NCBI GenBank assembly: GCA_036172245.1
Contig: JAYWIR010000011.1
Location: 2,604,001-2,668,000, forward strand
Length of the DNA stretch: 64,000 bases
Direction of reading: 5' to 3'
Origin: Raillietiella orientalis
Taxonomy: Eukaryota
Positions 1 to 9,841 of this stretch are shown piece after piece. Below the pieces are notes generated by a model. The model saw nothing but the letters and a program-made list of their open reading frames with translations, ran no database searches and had not been told where the DNA came from. Each line of letters opens with the position of its first letter. The first letter of the stretch is position 1. The translations under genes were made by a program, and so were the position numbers.

Positions 1-117
1 AGAGGGGTGGACTAGAGGATGGGGAGCACCCACCCCTTACCCCTCGCCCTTCTCCTCGCGAGAGAAGAAAGGGAGGGTAGTGGGGTATGTACCCGGGGCG
101 GGACGCGACCCTCTCAC

Positions 118-251
118 CTGGTCCGACGAGAGCAGCCTGATGAGTGCCTCCTTCGACATGTTGAGGAACGACGGCGTCTTCATGCACTCCTCGGCCTTCT
201 CCCCAATGAAGGTCACGCAGCGCTCGGCGAACACCCTGCTGGTCTTCGATC
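118..251 (-). CDS. BTB/POZ-BACK domain protein, coding exon 4 (gene continues beyond window start)
   Basis: CCTCCCTCTGTGTCGATAG| acceptor. Encodes GSKTSRVFAERCVTFIGEKAEECMKTPSFLNMSKEALIRLLSSDQ (BACK domain 'F..l....l..ll.sD'). Donor CAG|GTGAGA. The four exons total 627 nt = 209 codons in frame with no stop. Confidence 0.9.
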
Positions 252-816
252 CTATCGACACAGAGGGAGGTGAGTGACCCTCGGGGAGACGTGAGAAGGG
301 GAGGAGAGAGCGAAAGATGGGGTCTGGACCCGAGCCATTGGGCGCGCGCGCCCGCGCGGGCACGGCGCGGTGAGGAAGGGGGAAGGGAAGAGCGGCGGTC
401 GAGGCGTCGTTGGGGCTCGGCAGCCCAAGGGCGCTTCTTTCACCAGAAGGACCAGAGCGCCGTTCTCGTGCAGGTCGCGCGCGAGGGCAGCCCTCACTTA
501 CCGGTCGGAATCGTCGTCTTCGACGGCCGCGGAGACACGCGTCCCCTCCCGTCCCCAGGTCACGACCTCTTCCGTCCTTAGCCTGGCGGCAGCACCTCCC
601 CGTCGCGTGGAGAGGGTGGCGCGCCTTGGGGAGATCCCCCTCCCCCGCGAGGGCAACGGACTCGTCCAGGGGTAGCAGATCGCTCCTCCGGCGTCTCGGA
701 ACCCGCGCTGTGGGTATGGGATTGCGCTCCGGGGGAGAAGAGCAGCGGGGAGGGGTTTTCCCCCGCGTGGGAGGGAAAGCGTCGCCAACACCCCCAGTGC
801 ATGCGGCAGCGCTCAC

Positions 817-982
817 CTGGGCTCGAGTCGCTGGCGTAGACGGCGGCGTTGAGGAAGGCGCATGCGCTGTCCACGGAAAGCGTGGATGCCACGTGGTCCT
901 CGCAGGTCTGGCGCAGCTCCTCGCAACCGAAATCCTGGGCGATCTGCATGACCTCGAAGATGGAGTCATCACCAAAGCAAAT
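817..982 (-). CDS. BTB/POZ-BACK domain protein, coding exon 3
   Basis: CCGAATAG| acceptor. Encodes ICFGDDSIFEVMQIAQDFGCEELRQTCEDHVASTLSVDSACAFLNAAVYASDSSP (end of BTB, start of BACK). Donor CAG|GTGAGC, phase 1. Confidence 0.9.
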
Positions 983-1044
983 CTATTCGGGGGAGAGGGG
1001 ACGCCGCTTTCGTCAGCGGGGGTCAACTCATGACCTGGCCGTAC

Positions 1045-1201
1045 CCTTCCTGTGTAAATGTACGCTGTGACCAGCCGGAACACGTCCGGGGTGTAGTGGG
1101 GCAGGCGGATCCTGGTGGGGCTCCCGGCGCTCGTGGAGATGACGACGAACCCCGGAGGGCGGTTCAGCTCCTGGTTGTTCATGCTCTGAAAGCTCTTGCA
1201 C
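1045..1201 (-). CDS. BTB/POZ-BACK domain protein, coding exon 2
   Basis: CCTCCCCAG| acceptor; phase 2 completes Arg. Encodes RCKSFQSM...IRLPHYTPDVFRLVTAYIYTGR, with the BTB 'F..v..YIYTG' motif. Donor AGG|GTAC, phase 0. Confidence 0.9.
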
Positions 1202-2299
1202 CTGGGGAGGGAGGGTCGCGGCTCGGGGACGGAAGTGCCTCGGGGAGGCGACGGAGGAGAGGCGCCAGCAGCGCGCGGGTGAAGAGCAAAGCGAAGGAAG
1301 GATGCGCCCCCTCCCCCTCTCCCCAAAGGCACCCGTTCTGCTGCAGGGGGCCGGCCAGCGAGAGAGGGCGGAAACGGGCCGTGGAACCGGGGCCTCTCAT
1401 TCACCTCCCTGCATTTACCCGGAGGGGGGGAGAAGGGAGAGCAAGGGAGAAGAAGGAGAAAGGGGGAGGAGGAGGAAGAAAGGGTAGGAGCAGAAAGGGA
1501 GAAGGAACTTCCGGCCTCGGTCAAAGCGCACCCTGTCTTCAAAACGTACTCTCGGTCCCTCTTGCGTTTTAAAACACCGCAGAGAAGGGGAAGGAGCTGA
1601 CGACTCCCCACCTTCTCTGATTTGGTGATCCTACCCCTCCTCCCTTGAGGCGGAGGGGTGAGTCTAGGGAGAGTTGAGCATGGTCCGACAGGCTCGTACG
1701 AGCCCCCCCCCCTTCCTTCAAGAGAAGAGGGAGGAGTCCGATCACGGGGTCCCGGGCGTCCCTACTTGCCCTCTTTCGAGGGCTGGGAAGGATCGGAACG
1801 CGGGGCGGTGCCGATTTTAAGAGGGGTGGGTCTCTCTCCCACTCTGCTCCGTCCTTTCCCCTTCCTCCCCTTCCCACCGCTGCAGACCGGAGCGCTACCT
1901 CAGGCTGCCCAGCTCCCCCTCGGTGGAGCTCTCGTCGCGCAGGTCCGCCTCTGAGGGAATGCTCTCTTGTCGTCCCCCTTCCTCCCCATACCGCCCCTGC
2001 GCACTGAGGGAACTTGCCTGGAGCCAAGGCGGGGGCTCAGTCTCTTCGCCGAGGGAGGGCACCCACCTGGTCTCTTCCGGGGTGCCCTTCTCGTGCCCTT
2101 GGGGAAGGGGGGGGAGAAGGAGCCGAAGCAGTGACCCTGCGCTCCCAGACGCACCGCGGAGCAGCCGCTGCGGCCTCTCCGGGGATGCAGAACTGCCCTC
2201 TGAGACGGGGGAGGGCGAAGGAGGGGTGCCCCTCTTGTTCTGGCGGGGACCGCGGTGCGACGTGCGCTCCTCCTCCTCCCCCGTGGGGGCGGGGGTTAC

Positions 2300-2469
2300 C
2301 TGACTTGCAGCAGCGCTTTGTGGGCGTACACGAGCACCTCCTCCAGACCCACCACGAAGATGACGTCGGCGGACTCGTGGTTGTCCAGCATGCGCGCCAG
2401 GTCCTCCAGCAGCTTGTGGATGCTGACCAGGGACTTGTCGCTGCCGCCTCCGATGTGCTGCTGCTCCAT
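2300..2469 (-). CDS. BTB/POZ-BACK domain protein (BTBD19/BTBD9-like Cullin3 adaptor type), coding exon 1
   Basis: ATG in strong Kozak context (GTCGCCATGG). Encodes MEQQHIGGGSDKSLVSIHKLLEDLARMLDNHESADVIFVVGLEEVLVYAHKALLQV, with BTB N-terminal motifs 'SADVIFVVG' and 'AHKALL'. Ends at AG|GTAACC donor, phase 2. Confidence 0.9.
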
Positions 2470-4149
2470 GGCGACGCGGCTCTCGTCGGACGCCCTCCGC
2501 GGGGCTCTTCCAGCATCCGCACCGACCCGAGGGGCACTAAACGCCTTGGATTCCGCCGCTTCGGCGAGTCGCCGCTCGAGGCGAGGGTCGCGCGTGCTCG
2601 GGCGGAATGCCTCAAGGCGAATTCCGCGAGGCGCGCGCGCGCGCGCCGCTGGCGCTCTCCTCGCGCTTTCGCTTGGTCCGTCCCGTTCCCTCCCTCTCCC
2701 CGGGAAGGGGACAGACCGGCCCCTACCACCTTTCCCCAAGAGTGAACCTGCCCGCAGCTTTATGTGCCCCCAGGGAAAAGTGCGTCTCGCTCAAGGTCTC
2801 GTGGCCGTGACCCAGGCGCCCGCCCTTCGTAGCGCGCAGTGTCTTTCTCTGACTAGCTTTACCCTCACCCCCTTCATTCCGACGATGACGGCCCCGCTGT
2901 CTGCGGTGGGCTGGGGCTCGCGGAAGAGCTCTGGAGGGCGCTGTCCGATCGCCTCTCCTTCCTCCCTGTGCCGTCCAGGGAAACGCGAGTTTCAGGCGGT
3001 CCTTTTGCCGGTCCAGACCCCTCGAGGGTTTCGCTTCCTGCTTGCGCCTCAGGGACGGATCTCTGTCTCCTGCAGGAGCGGCTTCCGGGATCAGTTGTCC
3101 CACGCACCGAGGAAGCTGGGTTCCCAGAAGAACCCTAAAGGGCTTGCCGTCGTCGACCTGCCCGTGCGGGCTCCTGCTGCCCTGTCGTGTCCCCTCCCCC
3201 CCCCCCCCCTCCCGGAGGTGAATTCCTCCGGTCGGTACGGCCGGGAGGGTGTGGAGCCGCTGCCGTGGAGACGGTCATCGCGGGAGGGTCAGTCGGACCC
3301 TGCAGGAGGACGACCTTATGAGCGCCTCCTGCGCTGCGGAGGGAGCTTCCGGCCGCCTTCGGTGGGCAGAGGAGACTCCGGTCTCCATCCTGAGGCTCTT
3401 CTTGAGGGAGTGAGCAGCAAGCAGCAGCTTCGCAACCCCTTCCGTCGACCTCTTCTTTTCGTTTCCTGCCTGGCCCGAGGGCAGGAGATTCGGACCTGAG
3501 CGAGGGCAGGCAAGGAAGACCGTCAGAGAAACCTAGCAGTCCCACGGGACGCGGGATGGGCGGATGTGGGGGGGAGAAGGGAGTCTTCCAAGACCGCCTC
3601 CGAGGACCGCACGAGGAACCAATGAGAAGTGCGACCGGCTCCCAGGAACAGCCTCACCTCCCCCTCTTCCGCCGGGTCTCTCGCCCTCGGCTTCGCCCGA
3701 GGCATTCGGTTCCTTGCTAGATAGCGGCCGGTGCCTCTCCCGTCTCACGCCCGGGCGCGGAAGTGGTGCCTCCGCCTCCTCGGGGAGGAGTCGGGGTCGG
3801 CTCCTCTGTGACGCGGTCTTCCGGCCCCGAAGGAAAGCGGCAGAGGTAGCAGCAGCCAGCCGGCAGGGTGGGGGACCCCTGCGCTCTCTCATGAGAAACC
3901 CCTTCGGTGGCCGTCGCCCCTTCCGCCCCGCACCTGACGAGGACAGCCGAACTCGTCGTCGCGGGGGCGGCAGGACCCACTGCAGGTGGCTCCGGAGTGG
4001 TTACGGTGGGCGGTGCTGATGATGCCGCGCAGGAAAAAGAGCTGCGCCCATCGCCTGCGGGCAGAATTCGCCCCGGGCGGACCACCGCCGCCTATAGCAC
4101 CGGATCCCCGTCATAGGACCTTTCTGATCTCGGCCCTCCAAGATCAACG

Positions 4150-6450
4150 AGGGTGGCGCCCGGCGGACTGAAGCGAAGGACAGTCTCCAGGACGGCGGGT
4201 CCCTGGACTGGGGTGGACTGTCTCTCCGGGACGCCGCTGGCAGCGCTGCCGAAGACGCAGTCCCCTCAGAGAGCTCGGAATAGGGTCAGACGGACTGTCA
4301 CATAGGGGCTGCACCCCTGGTGGCAGCCATCCACTCGGTCGTTCTCGATGCCCAGCTCGTTCGACCTCAAAGTGCCCGGGGGCTTCGGCGCCCTGAACCA
4401 GGTGGAGGAGCAGCAATGGCGGCGCCTGGGTGCAGGCGGCGTCAATGTGCGGCACGGCACCCCCGATTGCCCACGGAGAACCGGACGAGGGTGGCAGCAC
4501 CTCCCGAGAGGTACGTAGCTGCTACTGCCGCGCGGGCCGCCAAGGCTGCTCCGGTGAACGCCTCGGGGCAGTTGCCGACACACACGCGGGACCGAGTCGA
4601 TCACCGGGAGTGCCAGGCGCAAGGGCCGTTCGGAGGAGCGCTGGGTTCCCCTCGCGTCAGAAAGGGACACAGCGCTCGCCTCTCGTCTCTCCCCACCCAC
4701 GGAGGGGGTAAGGTCCTCCTGGATCAACCGCCCGCACTCTCCGCCGGACTGCGGGAGGAAAGGAGCGCTCGCGCCCTCCTGAGGTTCCACGGGGAGGCTT
4801 CTCTTTACCTCAGGCGGACTCTCGCCAGCCGCTCCCTCCCCCACCCTTCGTTGGGTTTTGTCGCGCCGCCCTCTCCCCCTCATCCCAGATTGGCTGCGTG
4901 CCGGGCAGCCGACCCTGCTCCCTGCTCCTCTGGGAGCGCACCAGCGCCCCCCTGCCTTCAGGAGAGATCCCAGAAGAACCCCAGTTGTTGCTCCGTACCT
5001 GCGACGAACGAGTGCGCCCAGGAGAGACGCGATGGAAGAAGCGGTCGGGGTGGGGTGGGGAGGTGTCGCCCCTAAGCGAGATGACCAAGGGATAGTTCCG
5101 GAGTGACGGAAGCGGCACGCTCCTAACGGGGGGGCGCCTTTCCCGTCGGGAAACGGAGTCGGAAGGGGAGATGGCAAGGAGAAGGCGGGTTCCCGGCGGA
5201 GTCCTGCGGGATGGACCGAGGGCAGTGGACGCGCGCTCCTTTCACTTCCCATCCGACGCTTCGTCTTCGCCCTACCGAAGCTTCAGAAGGTCCGGGAGAG
5301 GGTGGATAGTTTGGTCGCTGCGCCTGCCGCGCTAGCAGCGGCGCCACCCTGTTTGTTGCTCCGGCTACGGGATGCTCTCGGAAGATGCGCGCGAGGGTCC
5401 TCCGAGGCCTCCCCGGCCCGCGCGGATTCGTCGACATCCTCCTTCCGGATCACTTGGTTTGCCGCAAGGGCGCGAGCGTGCTGGCAGGAGTGTTCGCCGC
5501 CGCCGAAGGGCGAGAGAAACCGCCTCCCGGGCCGGCCTGGGAGGCGCTGTGCCATCCCTCGCAGCACCTGCCCGCACGCACTTGCTCCAGCCCTCGGTGC
5601 TTTCCTGGGCCTGCCCACCGCTCTCTGCGACCCTCGTGACTCGCGTAGCGACGGATGGAAACGCCCGTCCACTCGTCCACCCTGGCGACGAACTCCTGGA
5701 GAAAGGCAAGGAGGTGGGATGGCCGCAGGGAGCGGAATTCCTTCCTGCTTCTCCTCCCAGGGCATTCTTTGACCCCTGGGTCGGCCCGGAACGAGGTTGC
5801 CGCCTGTCTCCCGAGCGCTCCCTCGTCTTCCACGCCCAAATGGAGCGGCGCCTCCTCGATGCGCCACGCAGACGGGAAGAGGGAAGGCTTGCGGCTCCTC
5901 CCTGATTTGATCCAGGTTCCACCGGGAGGCTTGTCGCATTTAAAAAAAAAAAACTCACCTGTTTTAACTTGCAATCAGGGTGAAAAAGAACGAACCGGGG
6001 TCGCCGCCGTGCCCTCGCGGACGTGGGTCCGGACCGGGCCAGGGAAGGGAGGCAAGACCGACCTGATCTGGAGGAAAGGGGAGAAGGGGTGGGGAGGCAG
6101 GGAGTTTTGACTTGGTCTAAGATCCTGGACCCCGAGCAAGGGGTGGACTCCCGTGATGTCGTCCCTGGTTGAGCGCAGGCTCTCCGCGATAGATGGGAAG
6201 GGCAACCTCCCCTTGCGCTGGAGTGGCAGCAGCGTCCCTGGAAGGACTGCCCCACGGAGGGAGCGGAACACCGCCGCCACTGTCGCTGCGGGGAGCGGGG
6301 GGAGCCTGTTCCTGGAAGGAAGGGCCGGCGGACGGTGTCTCTTGGCTGGAAGCGGTGAGTGGGTGGGAGGGACGGCGCGCTACCCATGCGCATTCAGCAG
6401 CGCAGGCGGCAGGAACTCCCTCTCGCCACAGCGGCTGCACTAATGGGGAC
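4150..6450 (-). mobile_element. Highly decayed LINE ORF2 remnant (APE + RT traces)
   Basis: Ordered degenerate motifs on the minus strand: 'GSRILDQV' (APE), 'GKPSDPEGGCRRI' (RT1-like), 'IDSVPR' (AFDSV-like), 'DGCHQGCSP' (GVRQGCP-like). Frameshifted; boundaries approximate. Confidence 0.35.
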
Positions 6451-7019
6451 GCACGTGTTTCCCTGTCGTCACCATGGAGGACCCCCGTGCGGAGAGAACC
6501 TTCTGCTGTTGAGCTGAGAGCAGCCTCAAACTCTCATCCCTTTCCGAGATCGAGGCACGCACGCACCCTGCCGGACGTCTAAGCGAAACGCAGATGCCCC
6601 TCAATCCTTCCGGAAGAGCCCGTCTGTCGACGGGTGCTCGCCGGCGCTTCCGCGCGGAAGATGTTGCTACGTGTGGCACGCCGTGGCTCTTGCGCAGGGA
6701 AAAGGGGACCTGCTGCTCCGAAGGAGCACCGGGTCGTCGGACGAGAGAGAGGTCCGGAAAAACTCTGATCAACGATGGGCAGCATCGGCAAGCTGCTTTG
6801 CCCAACGGCAACTGCACGGGCGCCCGCAGGAAACGCCCGATTTATCCGGCAAAGATCACGCAACACCGCGAGTTCGTCTCCCCCTCAGCTCCTGTCTTCA
6901 ACTGACCACCACGCACCCTAACGACCATGCGGACTCCCCTTCAGACCGATGCCGTGCTTTGGGGTTCTTCCGTTTTCGCTTCTTCAGGTTTTTCTCTTTT
7001 TTTTTTGTTTCGTACTGGT

Positions 7020-7420
7020 TTGCTTGTCTTCTTGGTACGAGTGCATCAGAGCTGACCCACTTTTCAGCCCAAAGTTTACAGTGCCGCAATGTGCAAATCT
7101 TTTGCAGTTAGCAAGTTCCAAAGCTCTTCAGTGGTCCACAGAGACCCTGAGTATGCTTGGATAGTTGGATAGGATCCTACCCACGGTCTCTCGTCGACCA
7201 AAGTGCAGTACTTTGCAGCTCTAGCTGACCTTTCTGCTGCAGTAAGGTGCTCCATTCTGGCCAGCTATTCTCTAGCCGAGTTTATCGCCGACTCCTGGCC
7301 TACTGCCTTTCATCGAGTCCTCCGAGTTTCGATGATTTCACCTTTATGCAGATCAAACACGCAGCGGTGAGCACTTTCACTAAAATCCTGCCATCCAGAT
7401 AATTGGGAAGGCTTGCTTCT
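7020..7420 (-). mobile_element. CR1/L2-like reverse transcriptase fragment
   Basis: Minus-strand translation gives 'SSKLGG' (DTKLGG-like), 'SCKVLHFGRR' (CR1 KCKVLHFGR motif) and 'ILRVSVDH' (DLGV.VD-like) in the expected order, with stops. Confidence 0.55.
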
Positions 7421-8025
7421 TCTGGAACCGAAACGAAGAGTGGAAGACTAAGAGGGAAAACGAAAGAAAGGGGAGGGCTTGAAGAGGAGAGGGCGAAAGA
7501 GCAAAAAGATCAAAGGAGCTGAATAAGCAAGGAAGCGAGAAAGGATTTTTCACGTAAAGTTCCGAAAGCAAATTGATCCGATGAAAATGTTCCAGAGCGA
7601 ACTCTAAATGATTCTGTGCGAGAGCTCTGAGGAACGAATGCACTCATCCGGAGTACTGAGGATGGCTGAAAACGCGAACCAGCTGCCGCGGGAGCCGAGA
7701 ACAAGGTCCAGGTGCACGCAGATATCCGTTCAGGCTGGTCGCTTGGCAGCCAGAGAGAGGGAAGCTGATCACGGTGACGGGAACAGCATGTGTAGACGGC
7801 GGAGCTGCTTGAAAACTGTTGGATTCCGATGGCAGATGGTCTTCGAAAAGAGCGCAGCCCCTCCTCTTGCCCGGTTGCATCTCGTGTGGATCAGCAGGAC
7901 GCGCGCGCCGGAGAGTACGAGGGTTCGCCGAGAGAAATACGTGACGCTCCTGCTGCAGTCGGGCGGCGGTTTTGGATTTCCCCAAGTCCCTCTGCAGCCC
8001 CTCCTTCCTTTGACGTCACCCCTTC

Positions 8026-8779
8026 AGGCCTGCATTGGAGGCCATGTGGCTACGTACGGGCTCCGCGCGTGGCACCAAGCGTTGCGGGTTCGAATCCCAC
8101 CAGGGAAGGATCGAGAAATGGGTGCGTCATGGGTTTCGAGTTCCCCCCGCAAAATGACGCTGGTTGGCTTTATAAGCTTCGTACGCGGCGCTGGTGGAAG
8201 CTGAAAAACCGGATGTCTTCGATGAGTGGTCGGGATTGGAAATTGATCCTCCGGGGTCCTTCCAGGATTCAAGGAGCCCTTCCCCTCCGGTTGTACAAAT
8301 GGAGTCGTCTCCTCCCCTCGGGGGCACCCCTCCATCTCGTACCATGGAGCTGGTTGATACCTCTCCAGGGTGCAAGAAGGGAGTGCCCTCCAGATAAAAT
8401 CGGGAAGCGTCCCTTAGGGGTAAACTAGGAACGGTCCCCTTGCGGGTTCTCTCCGGAGAAGAGATTACAGGAGCGGATTCTTTCCGGGTTCCCCTTCGGA
8501 GGAGAAATGAGGAGTGGAGTCCTCTTCCTTATTCCCTCCGGCAGGGGTTCCCTTCGGAGACAACCAGAGCGGGGTTTCCCTTCGGGGTTCCCTACCAAGC
8601 GTGAGAGGAACGGAGAACGGTTTCCTCCGGAGCACTTCCTGGATTCATAGGGAGTGGTACCCCCTAACTTGAAGAGTGACTGCACGCACCCTCGGGTGGC
8701 GTGGAACAGCGTCAAAGAGCTTCGTAAACCCCCCGTAAGGTGGCCAACGGTTCTTCAGCACTCTGCGAACCAAAAAAAA
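8026..8779 (+). mobile_element. tRNA(His-like)-derived SINE, ~750 bp, uninterrupted copy
   Basis: A-box-like TGGAGGCCATGTGG (8036-8049), CGCGTGGC anticodon-arm-like segment, B box GGTTCGAATCC (8087-8097), A8 tail (8772-8779). Head, body and tail align by eye to other copies at 30.9, 33.5, 41.2, 42.8 and 48.0-49.4 kb. Confidence 0.7.
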
Positions 8780-9692
8780 GATAGGGCCAATGACGAGCTA
8801 GAAGAATTTCCAGATGAGCTAGAACTGCAGCACCAACAGAGCATCGGTTCCAACACCCCCGACCGAAAATGCAGGAGCAGAAGCCAGGAGAAACACCTGG
8901 AAGCTGATGGGGGAGGAAGGAGAGGGGAACATATCGATCAGAGAGGTGGGAATAAGGTGAATGCATGTGGTGGGCATGAGCCGTGTATGCAAAGGGTGAC
9001 TGGGAACTGTTTTTCTTGCAATAGTTGCCGAAAAGATTGGGGTAAACGAAAATCCGGCTTGTGGAGAGGAACGCTGCCGGAAAAGCAAGGATGGACTGGA
9101 GACAATGATAGCGATAAATCCCAAAACATCCCGAGTATTCTAACATTTCCTAATATAAATATCGAATCTGTTCATTGGGTTTGTTGAAAAGTGCACCGTG
9201 ATCCTCGCAAACATTATCAACCTCCAGACGATTGGTGGAGGAGAGCTTGAAAAGGAAAAGAAAGACCCGAAGTTGAGTCTTTCCGGTATTCCGCCGTCGG
9301 GTGGAAGAATTTTCTAACTTGGATTTGAAAAATCAGATGCAAGAGAATCGGGTTTTCTATTAGTTCAAACAGATTAAGACAGCGGAATTTTTGCGTTCAC
9401 AGAGTACACTGGGAGAGGCGCCTAAAGATGTACACTGGAGTCATGTGCTTCGATGTCTCCCAGACGGTACAGACGCCACTCTTCGAATGAACGATGGAGA
9501 TCAATCGAGGCATCTTCTAAACGACGAGAACGAAATCATGCAAGCAGAAATGGCGGGACATCCAGAAGAATAAAGTCTATTGGCTTTGGACTTACTCCTT
9601 CATCTTTGACACAGATGGAGAAAATCTACAGAATACGTAGAGCCCTACTGTTGCAGTTGTATATATTTGTTCCGACTTTCCTTTAAATAAAA
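8780..9692 (+). mobile_element. Decayed 3' end of an L1/Tx1-clade (Keno-like) non-LTR retrotransposon
   Basis: 'AEKIGVNENPACGEERC...LET' (zf-RVT-like), 'WKNFLTWI*KIRCKRI' (L1/Tx1 'IW..R' motif, 9302-9349), 'KQKW'. Ends in AATAAAA directly joined to U2 sequence. Confidence 0.55.
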
Positions 9693-9841
9693 TCTCACTT
9701 ATCGGCTTAACATCTGATACGCCACCTGCCCGGTGGCCAGTATATTAAACCACTTTGGGGAAAGTGGACGGGGTGTTCGGAGCTTGCTCCCCTCCTGTCG
9801 CGGGTTGACCCGGTATTGCAGTGCCTCCGGGATCGGCCCAC
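9693..9841 (+). pseudogene. U2: 5'-truncated U2 snRNA copy (approx. nt 39 to 3' end)
   Basis: CTTATCGGCTTAACATCTGATAC (stem IIa), TATATTAAA, GGAGCTTGCTCC (stem III) and GGGTTGACCCGGTATTGCAGTGCCTCCGGGATCGGCCC (stem-loop IV with the U2B''/A' loop). Lacks the 5' part including the GTGTAGTA branch-point-pairing sequence; Sm site degenerate. Confidence 0.9.

Noticed and set aside
37..1611. 524-aa minus-strand ORF and the many other 150-430 aa ORFs in the track
   Set aside because: Only exon-sized segments are BTB/BACK-like. The rest is intron read-through or low-complexity Arg/Pro/Gly-rich translation expected from stop-poor GC-rich DNA.
7421..7500. Strong minus-strand polypyrimidine tract plus CAG acceptor
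   Set aside because: All three downstream frames hit stops and the sequence is a CR1-like RT fossil; no support for a coding exon (a non-coding exon is not excluded).
8440..8640. Short repeated GGGTTCCCTTCGGA units, superficially CRISPR-like
   Set aside because: Irregular spacing, degenerate units, no cas genes, eukaryotic context; part of the SINE body.
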